This document shows, piece by piece, positions 7,769 through 14,258 of a stretch of DNA of 40,524 bases. The stretch is from a virus. The notes below the pieces were generated by a model. That model had not been told where the DNA came from. It ran no database searches and worked only from the letters and a program-made list of their open reading frames with translations. Position 1 is the first letter of the stretch, and every line of letters starts with the position of its first letter. The position numbers and the translations under genes are program-made. The stretch is from positions 1 to 40,524 of the IMG/VR virus record IMGVR_UViG_3300013104_000016; one strand, 5' to 3'.

Positions 7769-8175
7769 GCGGCCTCCAATTCATAGAAAGTTACCCCCAG
7801 CTGCGAAGCCGCATAAACCTCGACCTGGGAACAGAAATCCGAGAACTCGACGGTCGATAGCTCCGTGCTGCTCTTACCCTGCACCTGGCCGTTCGGCAAC
7901 TCTTCCACGCCGATGAACATGCGCTTGAACTGCTCGTGCCACGTCTCAGTGCTGTAGAGCCGTCCGTTGATGACTGCCTGCGCTGCCACCTGGGCCAGCA
8001 CGCCATTACCCCAGTAGCGTCGGTTCTGGGCCTTGGTGCGCTTTCTGGGGGCAATGGTGAGCACCCAGCGGTGGCCACCTTGCAGCACAGTCGCTAAGAA
8101 CGGAAACAACTGCCCCTTGATGGCCGCCCATGCCTGCTGGCGCGAGAACAGTTCGATGGTGAGTGTCTGGTTCAC
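7765..8175 (-). CDS. ninB: NinB/Orf-like recombination mediator
   Basis: Pattern KRTKAQNRRYWG...ETWHEQFK...GKSSTELSTVEFSDF...QLGVTF parallels lambda NinB (RSLDQNRKLW...ESWKCVF...STSRMRVGEF). Confidence 0.7.
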   Translation of the reverse strand: MNQTLTIELFSRQQAWAAIKGQLFPFLATVLQGGHRWVLTIAPRKRTKAQNRRYWGNGVLAQVAAQAVINGRLYSTETWHEQFKRMFIGVEELPNGQVQGKSSTELSTVEFSDFCSQVEVYAASQLGVTFYELEAA

Positions 8176-8285
8176 AGCAGCACCCTCCCCGCCTTACAAG
8201 CCGGCCTAGCAGCCGCAGAGTTGATGGCGCTGGCAATCTGAGCGCCTAGGATGCAGGCAAGGATGATTGCTATCGTCAGCTTCAT
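8172..8285 (-). CDS. Small secreted or membrane peptide (37 aa, MKLTIAIILACILGAQIASA...)
   Basis: ATGA overlap with the upstream stop. Signal-peptide-like N-terminus. Confidence 0.5.
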   Translation of the reverse strand: MKLTIAIILACILGAQIASAINSAAARPACKAGRVLL

Positions 8286-8542
8286 GTCGCCTCCGGACGC
8301 GGGATCTTCATCATCTTGTAGGGCTCGCCGCCGTAGACCGGAGGCATTGGCACCGGAAGCGGCGTAGGGTTGAACAGGCACGCTTGCAAATCACAACCCC
8401 ATGCAGCCATTCCGATCTCATAGATGATTCGCTCAAACTGAGCGTCCAGGTCTACTTCGGGAACTGGCTTGTCTTTTTCGCTCTGCTGGCATTCGCTGAG
8501 AGATCCCGCCATAAAGGCGTTCAACAAGATCCACGGGTCCAT
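8282..8542 (-). CDS. Hypothetical protein (86 aa)
   Basis: Its start codon shares one nucleotide (8542) with the stop of the upstream gene 8542-8760. Its own stop forms an ATGA overlap with the downstream gene start. Part of the tightly packed operon. Confidence 0.6.
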   Translation of the reverse strand: MDPWILLNAFMAGSLSECQQSEKDKPVPEVDLDAQFERIIYEIGMAAWGCDLQACLFNPTPLPVPMPPVYGGEPYKMMKIPRPEAT

Positions 8543-8760
8543 TATTTCGGCTCCTTCTCGACATACACGAACACCCGCTTGAGGCCCATGCTTCTCAGCA
8601 CAGCATGCGGCGGAGCGCCCTTCCCGTGCCGGAGGTCGGCCAGGCTGGCAACGCTCATGTTCAGGTCTTGGGCTGCCTTCTTCAGGCTGCCGTACTGGCT
8701 CCCGTACTTCGCTTCTACGTGCTTGCGGGCCATCTCTCTTGCTTCTTCAACGGTGTACAT
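8542..8760 (-). CDS. Small HTH-like DNA-binding protein (72 aa)
   Basis: Segment SLKKAAQDLNMSVASLADLRHGK resembles a helix-turn-helix. Confidence 0.55.
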   Translation of the reverse strand: MYTVEEAREMARKHVEAKYGSQYGSLKKAAQDLNMSVASLADLRHGKGAPPHAVLRSMGLKRVFVYVEKEPK

Positions 8761-9287
8761 CAGCGTGCTCCCAGCCCAGCGAAGGGCGATGACGTTTCCT
8801 TCCAGGCATCCCCCGACCGAATGCGGCTGATGGTCTGGCGGGAGACGCCGTATTGCTTTGCGACCTCATTTGAGCTGTTCGAACTCAGGCGGATGTCGCG
8901 AACAGCATCGACCGTCAGCTTGGAACGCTTGCGCGCGTGCATCATCAGCTTCGCCAGTCGCGCGGCTTCGTTGTAAGCACCGATGTTCGCCATCTTCTGC
9001 AGGTGCTGCGTTGGGGTGCGGATCACAGCGTGCTCCGGGTTGACACAGCTCTTGTTGCCACAGTCGCAACCGACGAAAGCGCCATCGCGCACCGGGCGCC
9101 CAGACAACTCCAGCATCAGCCGGCGCACAGGAACCATGTGGCCCATGTGCGTGACTTGCGGGACGTTGTTGGTCATGTACCCTGTCCACTCCAGGCATTC
9201 GCCGACCTCGTTGCAGCGGGCACGCAGCAATTCAACGGTCTGAACAACGCGCGGACGCCCAACCTCGGGGTTCTTGCGCTTGGTCAT
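8760..9287 (-). CDS. HNH_3-like (degenerate) plus C-terminal HTH DNA-binding protein
   Basis: CLEWTGY...CDCGNKSCVNPEH pattern of HNH_3-type proteins, followed by EVAKQYGVSRQTISRIRSG (HTH). Confidence 0.6.
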   Translation of the reverse strand: MTKRKNPEVGRPRVVQTVELLRARCNEVGECLEWTGYMTNNVPQVTHMGHMVPVRRLMLELSGRPVRDGAFVGCDCGNKSCVNPEHAVIRTPTQHLQKMANIGAYNEAARLAKLMMHARKRSKLTVDAVRDIRLSSNSSNEVAKQYGVSRQTISRIRSGDAWKETSSPFAGLGAR

Positions 9288-9484
9288 GCTGGGATCTCGC
9301 CGTGGAAATAGACCATGGGAACCGGCGTCAGAGCCTGCAGCGTCACCTGAAACGGTCGTCCGAGGCCCCAGCCTTCGCCGGGCGTCAACCTGGCAACCAT
9401 GGGGCTACCTCCGGACGTGAGCGCGATCACGCGGCCACCAGTGTCCAGCGCATAGGCGTGCCCTTGTCGTGCCTCATCGATCAT
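9284..9484 (-). CDS. Hypothetical protein (66 aa)
   Basis: ATGA overlaps at both ends. Track ORF trimmed from 9565. Confidence 0.55.
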   Translation of the reverse strand: MIDEARQGHAYALDTGGRVIALTSGGSPMVARLTPGEGWGLGRPFQVTLQALTPVPMVYFHGEIPA

Positions 9485-9663
9485 CGCGCCGCCTCCAACA
9501 CAGGCCGCCCGCCATACCTCTGCCGGGCATCCTCCATGCTCTTGCACGGCCCCAGCGGAATCCATGTGACTTGGTAGTACTCGACCTTCACCTGTTCTCC
9601 GCGTTTGTTGAACTCGGTGAAGGAGCCTGCGGTGTGGTATTTGGGTTTGAGGGCGGTGTACAT
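9481..9663 (-). CDS. Hypothetical protein (60 aa)
   Basis: ATG at 9663, 1 nt after the upstream stop. Confidence 0.55.
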   Translation of the reverse strand: MYTALKPKYHTAGSFTEFNKRGEQVKVEYYQVTWIPLGPCKSMEDARQRYGGRPVLEAAR

Positions 9664-9664
9664 G

Positions 9665-9847
9665 TCACTGCCCCTTGAGACAAACGAACCGCACATTCTT
9701 CGTGCTGCCGCTCGTCAGAGCCTCGGACGCTTTGCCGGCACGTTGGCAAGCCTCCATCGAGGCCATCGGCATGCTCACGAGCGAAACCGAATCACCTTGC
9801 GCCAGAACACCGGCGTAGATGTAGATCACCAGGTAGAAGGCACTCAT
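9665..9847 (-). CDS. Hypothetical secreted or membrane protein (60 aa)
   Basis: AAGGAG RBS before the ATG at 9847. Hydrophobic N-terminus MSAFYLVIYIYAGVLA. Confidence 0.55.
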   Translation of the reverse strand: MSAFYLVIYIYAGVLAQGDSVSLVSMPMASMEACQRAGKASEALTSGSTKNVRFVCLKGQ

Positions 9848-9857
9848 GTCTTTCTCC

Positions 9858-10025
9858 TTAGAAGTAACCAAGAATCACGCCGAGCGGTGCAAGCACCATC
9901 CCGACGATGCGGGCGATGAACATCGCGGTCACGTCGCCGTCCAACATCCCGATGAACTTCACGACGTTGGCAATCCAACCGCCAACCATCGCAAGCCAGA
10001 TACCGATCACGATCAAACTTCTCAT
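9858..10025 (-). CDS. Small two-helix membrane protein (55 aa, MRSLIVIGIWLAMVGGWIANVVKF...)
   Basis: GGAG RBS before the ATG at 10025. Not in the ORF track (under 60 aa). Fills the gap between flanking genes. Confidence 0.55.
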   Translation of the reverse strand: MRSLIVIGIWLAMVGGWIANVVKFIGMLDGDVTAMFIARIVGMVLAPLGVILGYF

Positions 10026-10055
10026 CTCTGTTCTCCTGTAATGGCCTATGGCCGG

Positions 10056-10502
10056 TTAGTTAGCCAAGGCAAATCTCTGCAGACTGCCTTCTTCAACGAT
10101 CTTGAGAATCCGGCCCTGGCGGATGTCGTTCTTCAGGAACGCCGAGATTTCCCGCGACTTGATGCCGATGACTGCGGCCAGCTCTGCGCGGGTCTTAGGG
10201 CCCGTGATGAGCGCCGCACGGATCTGGCCGGCCTTGCTCTCCACCTGAAGCCCTGCGCCACTTGCAGGCCCACGCTTGCCGCCAGGATTGCGCACGCGGC
10301 GGATAGTCTTCGGCGCACCGCGCATGCTCGATTCGTCCGACTTCTTGCTCAGCCCACGGAAGGTGCTGAAGTCGCTCCCTGTCTTGCGGCGCTTCTCGAC
10401 GCTGGCGGTGCTGTTGCGGCTCAGTGCCGCAGAGCCGGTGTATCGAGCCCAATCCACGGGCGTGTCAGTGAGGCCGATGCCGGGCCATGGGGTGTAGTTC
10501 AT
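10056..10502 (-). CDS. Hypothetical protein with C-terminal winged-helix-like domain (148 aa)
   Basis: ATGA overlap at 10502-10499. The C-terminus QIRAALITGPKTRAELAAVIGIKSREISAFLKNDIRQGRI looks wHTH-like. Confidence 0.6.
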   Translation of the reverse strand: MNYTPWPGIGLTDTPVDWARYTGSAALSRNSTASVEKRRKTGSDFSTFRGLSKKSDESSMRGAPKTIRRVRNPGGKRGPASGAGLQVESKAGQIRAALITGPKTRAELAAVIGIKSREISAFLKNDIRQGRILKIVEEGSLQRFALAN

Positions 10503-10681
10503 TCGACCCTCCGAATCAGCACGCCAGCTGGAATCGTCTTGCACGTCCAGTACTTGTCCGTACCCCTGCGCAGACGCATGCACAAGCCGCTGATGTCCTT
10601 CAGCTTGCGGTCGTAGGCGATGGTCTGGCCGCCGATCTGCAGGTATGGGACGACCTGGCGGAGTTGGAAGTTTTCGGTCAT
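10499..10681 (-). CDS. Hypothetical protein (60 aa)
   Basis: ATGA overlaps at both ends. Confidence 0.55.
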   Translation of the reverse strand: MTENFQLRQVVPYLQIGGQTIAYDRKLKDISGLCMRLRRGTDKYWTCKTIPAGVLIRRVE

Positions 10682-11130
10682 GCTGTCTCTCCCAATGCGT
10701 CACGAGCCATCGACAGCGCGGCAAGCGTGGACGGGAAAGCGCCGCATTCATGGCGCTGAATCAACCGGCGAGCCCAGTCCAGCGAGTCACCGGAAGGCCG
10801 CGTTCTTTCGATAATCGGCCCCAGCTTGCGCAGCTCTTCAACGATGCGCTCTTTGCCCGCAGCGGAATGCTCAATGCGCGGCTGCTCTTCTTCCGGCGCG
10901 CGGCGCGCCAGGTTGCGGAACTCCAGCACCGTGGGCGGCTTCTCGGGCGGCAGGTTCTGCAATGCCCATGCGATGGACTTCGGGAAACGCTCGAAGCCCG
11001 AAAGCTCGTGCGCCCAATCGGACTTCACAGCGTTCATGTCGATGTCTTGCCAACGGCGAAGGAACGACTGCCCGTAGGTCAGCGTCAGCTTGTCGAACAG
11101 GCGATCAACCCAAGCGGCGGGGAGTGACAT
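10678..11130 (-). CDS. Replication protein, lambda P-like (putative helicase loader)
   Basis: GGAGG RBS before the ATG at 11130. Pattern WVDRLF...DWAHELSGF...LPPEKPPTVLEFRNL recalls the lambda P core (W..AF...LPSPGQF). Follows the O-like gene. Confidence 0.45.
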   Translation of the reverse strand: MSLPAAWVDRLFDKLTLTYGQSFLRRWQDIDMNAVKSDWAHELSGFERFPKSIAWALQNLPPEKPPTVLEFRNLARRAPEEEQPRIEHSAAGKERIVEELRKLGPIIERTRPSGDSLDWARRLIQRHECGAFPSTLAALSMARDALGETA

Positions 11131-11944
11131 GGATAGCCTCCGTCTCAACGAAAAATTGGTCTGCGGGGATTGCGCCGACAGCAACGCCGGGCGCGGCTTG
11201 ATGGGTTCGGGCGCGCTGCTCGGCACGCCATGCAGGCTCGGGCGCAGCACGTTGGCCAGCAGCGTGCATGCAGGTGGCCTTGAGGTATTCCGCAGGGTCT
11301 GCAGGCCGCGATACGACAGCAGTTCGCACCGCCTCGACCACGATCTGATCGCCGTAGTCCTTGACCAACTTGCCGACGAACGACCCGCATTGCGCGATGG
11401 GCATGCCTGCTTGGTTCAGCAGCGACTTGCCTGCTTTCCAAAGTTCGTCTTTGGATAAATCCGATGCAGCCTTGCCGGCATTGCCGGCTGTTCCGTCAGG
11501 AACAGAATCATTGGTAATGGGATTGGTAATGGGGGCTTTGGGGTCAGGTTCAGCCTGGGTTTCTGTAGCTAACCTAGAAATAACCTGCTGGGTTTCTGCT
11601 GGGTTATCGCTGGGTTTCTTTTTTGCAGGTCTTCCGCCCTTCATCCCATTAGCCTTAGAGCGTGCCGATGCAACCTTGGCTTTCTCGATCTCTTCTTCGC
11701 AGCGGCTATGTGACCAGCCTGCATCGGTAAGCGTGAAGAACTCGGTAAGCACTGTCTCCACTGCCTTGCGCTCATCCTTGGCTACTGCACGCACTAGGCG
11801 GCATGCTTGGGCAATCTCAGTCGGCAATGCCTGCTCACGGCTGTAGTACACGTCCAGCAAACGCCGGTAAGCGCAATCCTCCTGCCACGACAGGTGGGCC
11901 GTGGCGGTGAGGTAGTCCCCGATGTGATGCGGGTAGAAGTTCAG
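11105..11944 (-). CDS. DUF1376 (YdaU-like) replication initiator-like protein, apparently starting at CTG
   Basis: The conserved DUF1376 N-terminus NFYPHHIGDYLTATAHLSWQEDCAYRRLLDVYY is in frame upstream of the first TTG/ATG. That frame opens just after a TAA, and the only start-like codon is CTG in a CTGA overlap with the upstream stop. Confidence 0.7.
   Translation of the reverse strand: MNFYPHHIGDYLTATAHLSWQEDCAYRRLLDVYYSREQALPTEIAQACRLVRAVAKDERKAVETVLTEFFTLTDAGWSHSRCEEEIEKAKVASARSKANGMKGGRPAKKKPSDNPAETQQVISRLATETQAEPDPKAPITNPITNDSVPDGTAGNAGKAASDLSKDELWKAGKSLLNQAGMPIAQCGSFVGKLVKDYGDQIVVEAVRTAVVSRPADPAEYLKATCMHAAGQRAAPEPAWRAEQRARTHQAAPGVAVGAIPADQFFVETEAIHVTPRRLG
11505..11625. repeat. Iteron-like repeats inside the DUF1376 gene (putative ori)
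   Basis: Perfect tandem ATTGGTAATGGG x2 (11510-11533). GCTGGGTT(T/A)(C/T)(T/C) x3 at 11-bp spacing (11587-11619) plus one more copy at about 11554. AACCT x2 spaced 11 bp. A T-run follows. Confidence 0.5.
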
Positions 11945-12186
11945 ATCCCACCCCGCTTAATCGCCATCGAGCGATCCGCATCGGCCTGCCCCTGCTCGCG
12001 GCCAACAACCGAGATTCCTTGGCGCTTGATGGCAACCAAGCCCTTGCAGCGGAACGGTGTCGGCGGACGTTGAACTGGGATGCCAGTAGCGCTGGCAATC
12101 GTGGGAAACGGCGCAGGAACGCTGTGCATCCAGTCAGCCGTCTCGTCCATGTCTGAGACCATGGCATCGGTCAGATCGATGTTCAT
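11941..12186 (-). CDS. Hypothetical protein (81 aa)
   Basis: ATGA overlap with the upstream gene. Its stop is embedded in the CTGA junction with DUF1376. Confidence 0.6.
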   Translation of the reverse strand: MNIDLTDAMVSDMDETADWMHSVPAPFPTIASATGIPVQRPPTPFRCKGLVAIKRQGISVVGREQGQADADRSMAIKRGGI

Positions 12187-12467
12187 GCAGACTCCAGTTC
12201 GCTCGCCACGAGCTGATAGCGGAATAGGCCACGACAGACATACTGGCGGTTGACCGTGTAGCCACCGAAGCGGGCTTTGCGCAGATCGCGCAACCTGGCC
12301 GACACCGATGCTTCGGGCGCTTGGGCCTCACGGGCAAGTTCACCCAGAGTGCGCCACTTGCCATCGGACATCACGCTAAGCACGGCCAGAACTTGATCGC
12401 CAAGGCGTGCGCTGTCGCGGCCATGGTCATAGGTCGAGCCGTCGAAGCGAAGTTCTTGAGGTGTCAT
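12183..12467 (-). CDS. Winged-helix DNA-binding protein (94 aa)
   Basis: Segment WRTLGELAREAQAPEASVSARLRDLRK looks wHTH-like. ATGA overlaps at both ends. Confidence 0.6.
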   Translation of the reverse strand: MTPQELRFDGSTYDHGRDSARLGDQVLAVLSVMSDGKWRTLGELAREAQAPEASVSARLRDLRKARFGGYTVNRQYVCRGLFRYQLVASELESA

Positions 12468-12835
12468 GCAGCCATCCTTGCCAAGGCGAGCTTGGCTTCG
12501 AGTTCACGGATAAGTGCGTCCTTGGACTTCTCCACAAGGTCGCAGTGAAGGTGCAGCGCTTCGAACTGGGCCGGCGCGCGGTTGCCGCAGATCGCCATCA
12601 GGTGCAGTCGTTTTCTTGCGGGGAAATTTCCCCTGCCTTTGCGCATGCGAGAGAAGTGCCCCTTGTCGATGCCCAAGGCTTCCCGGATCGATTCGTCGCT
12701 CAAGTTCGACAAGTTGATGCAGAGATTCAGTGCTTCCAGTTCGTCTTTGCATGCCCTGACAAACTCAATAGGCACATCGACGGCCTTGCGGGCTTCCGTC
12801 AGAAATGCCATCTCACGTTGCGAATGGTTGTCCAT
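12464..12835 (-). CDS. CII-like transcriptional regulator
   Basis: ALGIDKGHFSRMRKG resembles lambda CII GVDKSQISRWKR. Position cro / terminator / this gene / replication genes mirrors lambda. Confidence 0.5.
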   Translation of the reverse strand: MDNHSQREMAFLTEARKAVDVPIEFVRACKDELEALNLCINLSNLSDESIREALGIDKGHFSRMRKGRGNFPARKRLHLMAICGNRAPAQFEALHLHCDLVEKSKDALIRELEAKLALARMAA

Positions 12836-12857
12836 GGTTGACTTCGGTTGACTATGG

Positions 12858-12888
12858 AAAAAGGGAAATAAAAAGGACCATCAGGCCC
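12858..12888 (-). terminator. Weak intrinsic terminator (tR1-like) between the cro block and the CII-like gene
   Basis: Minus-strand RNA GGGCC-UGAU-GGUCC (5 bp including one G-U), followed by UUUUUAUUUCCCUUUUU. Confidence 0.4.
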
Positions 12889-12906
12889 ATGCAACACGTT
12901 TACGAA

Positions 12907-13029
12907 CTAGCCCTGATCGGACTCGGCCACGTCTTCAATGCGGAAAATCGGAGTCCTGCTCATCTGGTCAAGCAGGAGGCACACGAAGGCCCAAGCGAGG
13001 AAGAAGAGCCAGAAGAGGGGGTAGTCCAT
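12907..13029 (-). CDS. Small hydrophobic peptide (40 aa, MDYPLFWLFFLAWAFVCLLLDQMSRTPIFRIEDVAESDQG)
   Basis: ATG 3 nt after the stop of the preceding mini-ORF. One transmembrane helix. Below the ORF-track cutoff. Confidence 0.45.
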   Translation of the reverse strand: MDYPLFWLFFLAWAFVCLLLDQMSRTPIFRIEDVAESDQG

Positions 13030-13032
13030 CGC

Positions 13033-13158
13033 TCAGCGCTTCCAATAAAGAGCCAGCGCAGCGATCAGCACCATGACAGCAGCGATGAAGATCAACGCCA
13101 TCGACAGGCCCATCAGGGCAAGCACGCCGAGGATCAGATAGGCGAAGAGCTGTTCCAT
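13033..13158 (-). CDS. Small hydrophobic peptide (41 aa, MEQLFAYLILGVLALMGLSMALIFIAAVMVLIAALALYWKR)
   Basis: ATG at 13158, just after the cro stop with GAGG upstream. Almost entirely transmembrane. Confidence 0.5.
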   Translation of the reverse strand: MEQLFAYLILGVLALMGLSMALIFIAAVMVLIAALALYWKR

Positions 13159-13161
13159 GGC

Positions 13162-13383
13162 CTACACCTCGGCTTTCTGCTTGCTGTCGAGAAGCCGGCG
13201 CAACTCCTTGTCGCTCTTCTTCTGCAGCGAGATCAGTTGCTGGCCCAGCTTGTGGCGCGGCTCGTCAGTTTTCCCTTTACAGAGATCGCTGACAGTGGTT
13301 TGGCCGCACCCGCAAAGAACGGCAATCTGCGCTTGACTGAAGCCGCGCTGTTGAAGGTCTGCGATGAGTTTTTGCCATGTCAT
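13162..13383 (-). CDS. cro: Cro-like HTH repressor (73 aa)
   Basis: HTH FSQAQIAVLCGCGQTTVSDLCKGK. Divergent from the CI-like gene across a 73-bp operator region. Confidence 0.7.
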   Translation of the reverse strand: MTWQKLIADLQQRGFSQAQIAVLCGCGQTTVSDLCKGKTDEPRHKLGQQLISLQKKSDKELRRLLDSKQKAEV

Positions 13384-13390
13384 GGCCCGC

Positions 13391-13419
13391 AGAATACCGG
13401 AGCGCCGTTAGTTTTGCAA
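13391..13419 (-). promoter_or_regulatory. Candidate PR-like promoter for cro (transcript predicted leaderless)
   Basis: Minus strand TTGCAA-N17-TATTCT. Only 7 nt separate the -10 from the cro ATG, and there is no SD. Confidence 0.45.
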
Positions 13420-13437
13420 GCGTATTTCCGTTAACGG
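13393..13437. promoter_or_regulatory. Operator cluster OR (CCGTTA/TACCGG half-sites)
   Basis: AATACCGGagcgCCGTTAG (13393-13411) and the perfect palindrome CCGTTAACGG (13428-13437). Confidence 0.55.
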
Positions 13438-13456
13438 CGGTCGCTAGGCTGCGAAA

Positions 13457-14026
13457 ATGGCAAATAGATCGCGAACCGAGTACGCCGTGCGCCTGCGGGC
13501 AGCACGGAAACATGCCGGGCTGACACAGCATCAGCTTGCGGATGCTGTGGGCATGCCGCAGTCCACTTTGTCAGAGGCCGAGACCACGGGCCAAAGCTCT
13601 GCGTACACACCGATGCTGGCAAAAAAATGTGGCGTAGACGCCGAATGGCTAGCCACCGGACGCGGCGCCATGGTCAGCGCCAGCGTCTGGCCTTTCCGTC
13701 AATTCTCCTTGGCTGATCTTCACGAGCTTGAGCGCGTCAGCCCAGGAGCGATCGCCCATATTGAAAAGATGGTCTTAGGACAGATGTCGCTGGCCATTCA
13801 GCCTAAGACGAATATGGGAGCGACCAGAAAACCAAGGGAAACCACCGAAGGATTAGGACCACAAAACGATACATTGTTAACAAATAACAGCTTTGAACTA
13901 TCGTTTCCTAACCCATCGAAAAGCAAGAAAAGTGACCAACCCAGTATCGATCCAGAGCAATCATCAGATCAGCGTGGCGAACACGCTGAGGGTGCTCCTA
14001 AGGCGCGCCGAGGCCGGCGAACTTGA
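13457..14026 (+). CDS. cI: CI-like repressor (XRE-type HTH, no S24 peptidase domain, low-complexity C-terminal tail)
   Basis: HTH LTQHQLADAVGMPQSTLSEAE. Divergent from cro. TAGGCT lies 6 nt upstream of the ATG and there is no SD. The C-terminal third is encoded by an AT-richer segment. Confidence 0.7.
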   Translation: MANRSRTEYAVRLRAARKHAGLTQHQLADAVGMPQSTLSEAETTGQSSAYTPMLAKKCGVDAEWLATGRGAMVSASVWPFRQFSLADLHELERVSPGAIAHIEKMVLGQMSLAIQPKTNMGATRKPRETTEGLGPQNDTLLTNNSFELSFPNPSKSKKSDQPSIDPEQSSDQRGEHAEGAPKARRGRRT

Positions 14027-14258
14027 TGGATTCATTTATCTAGCATCCTGTTGCCAGGGTGATGACAAGATAGGACTTTGCGGGCATTTCGCTGATGATC
14101 TGGATGCAGCGGTCATCGCAACCCGCGAAGGATTCAACTGTCTTCTGGGCCACAAAGCCTGCATTGAGACTTCCAAACTACCGCGCAGATTGCGCAAGGA
14201 GAGTGCAAATGAAACTGTCTGCCACGCTGTCGCTTGCAGCAATCGCCGGTCTGCTTAG
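13974..14258 (+). CDS. Possible hypothetical protein (94 aa, GTG start) overlapping the cI 3' end and the lipoprotein 5' end
   Basis: Open frame with a protein-like sequence (RVLLRRAEAGELDGFIYLA...) across an otherwise 180-nt spacer. GC3 is only about 50 percent, and it overlaps its neighbours by about 50 nt on each side. Confidence 0.3.
   Translation: MANTLRVLLRRAEAGELDGFIYLASCCQGDDKIGLCGHFADDLDAAVIATREGFNCLLGHKACIETSKLPRRLRKESANETVCHAVACSNRRSA

Noticed and set aside
12836-12853. Tandem GGTTGACT x2 on the plus strand as a pair of -35 boxes for a plus-strand promoter.
   Set aside because: No acceptable -10 hexamer lies at 16-19 nt spacing, and there is no plus-strand gene downstream. It is noted only as an unexplained repeat abutting the CII-like start codon.
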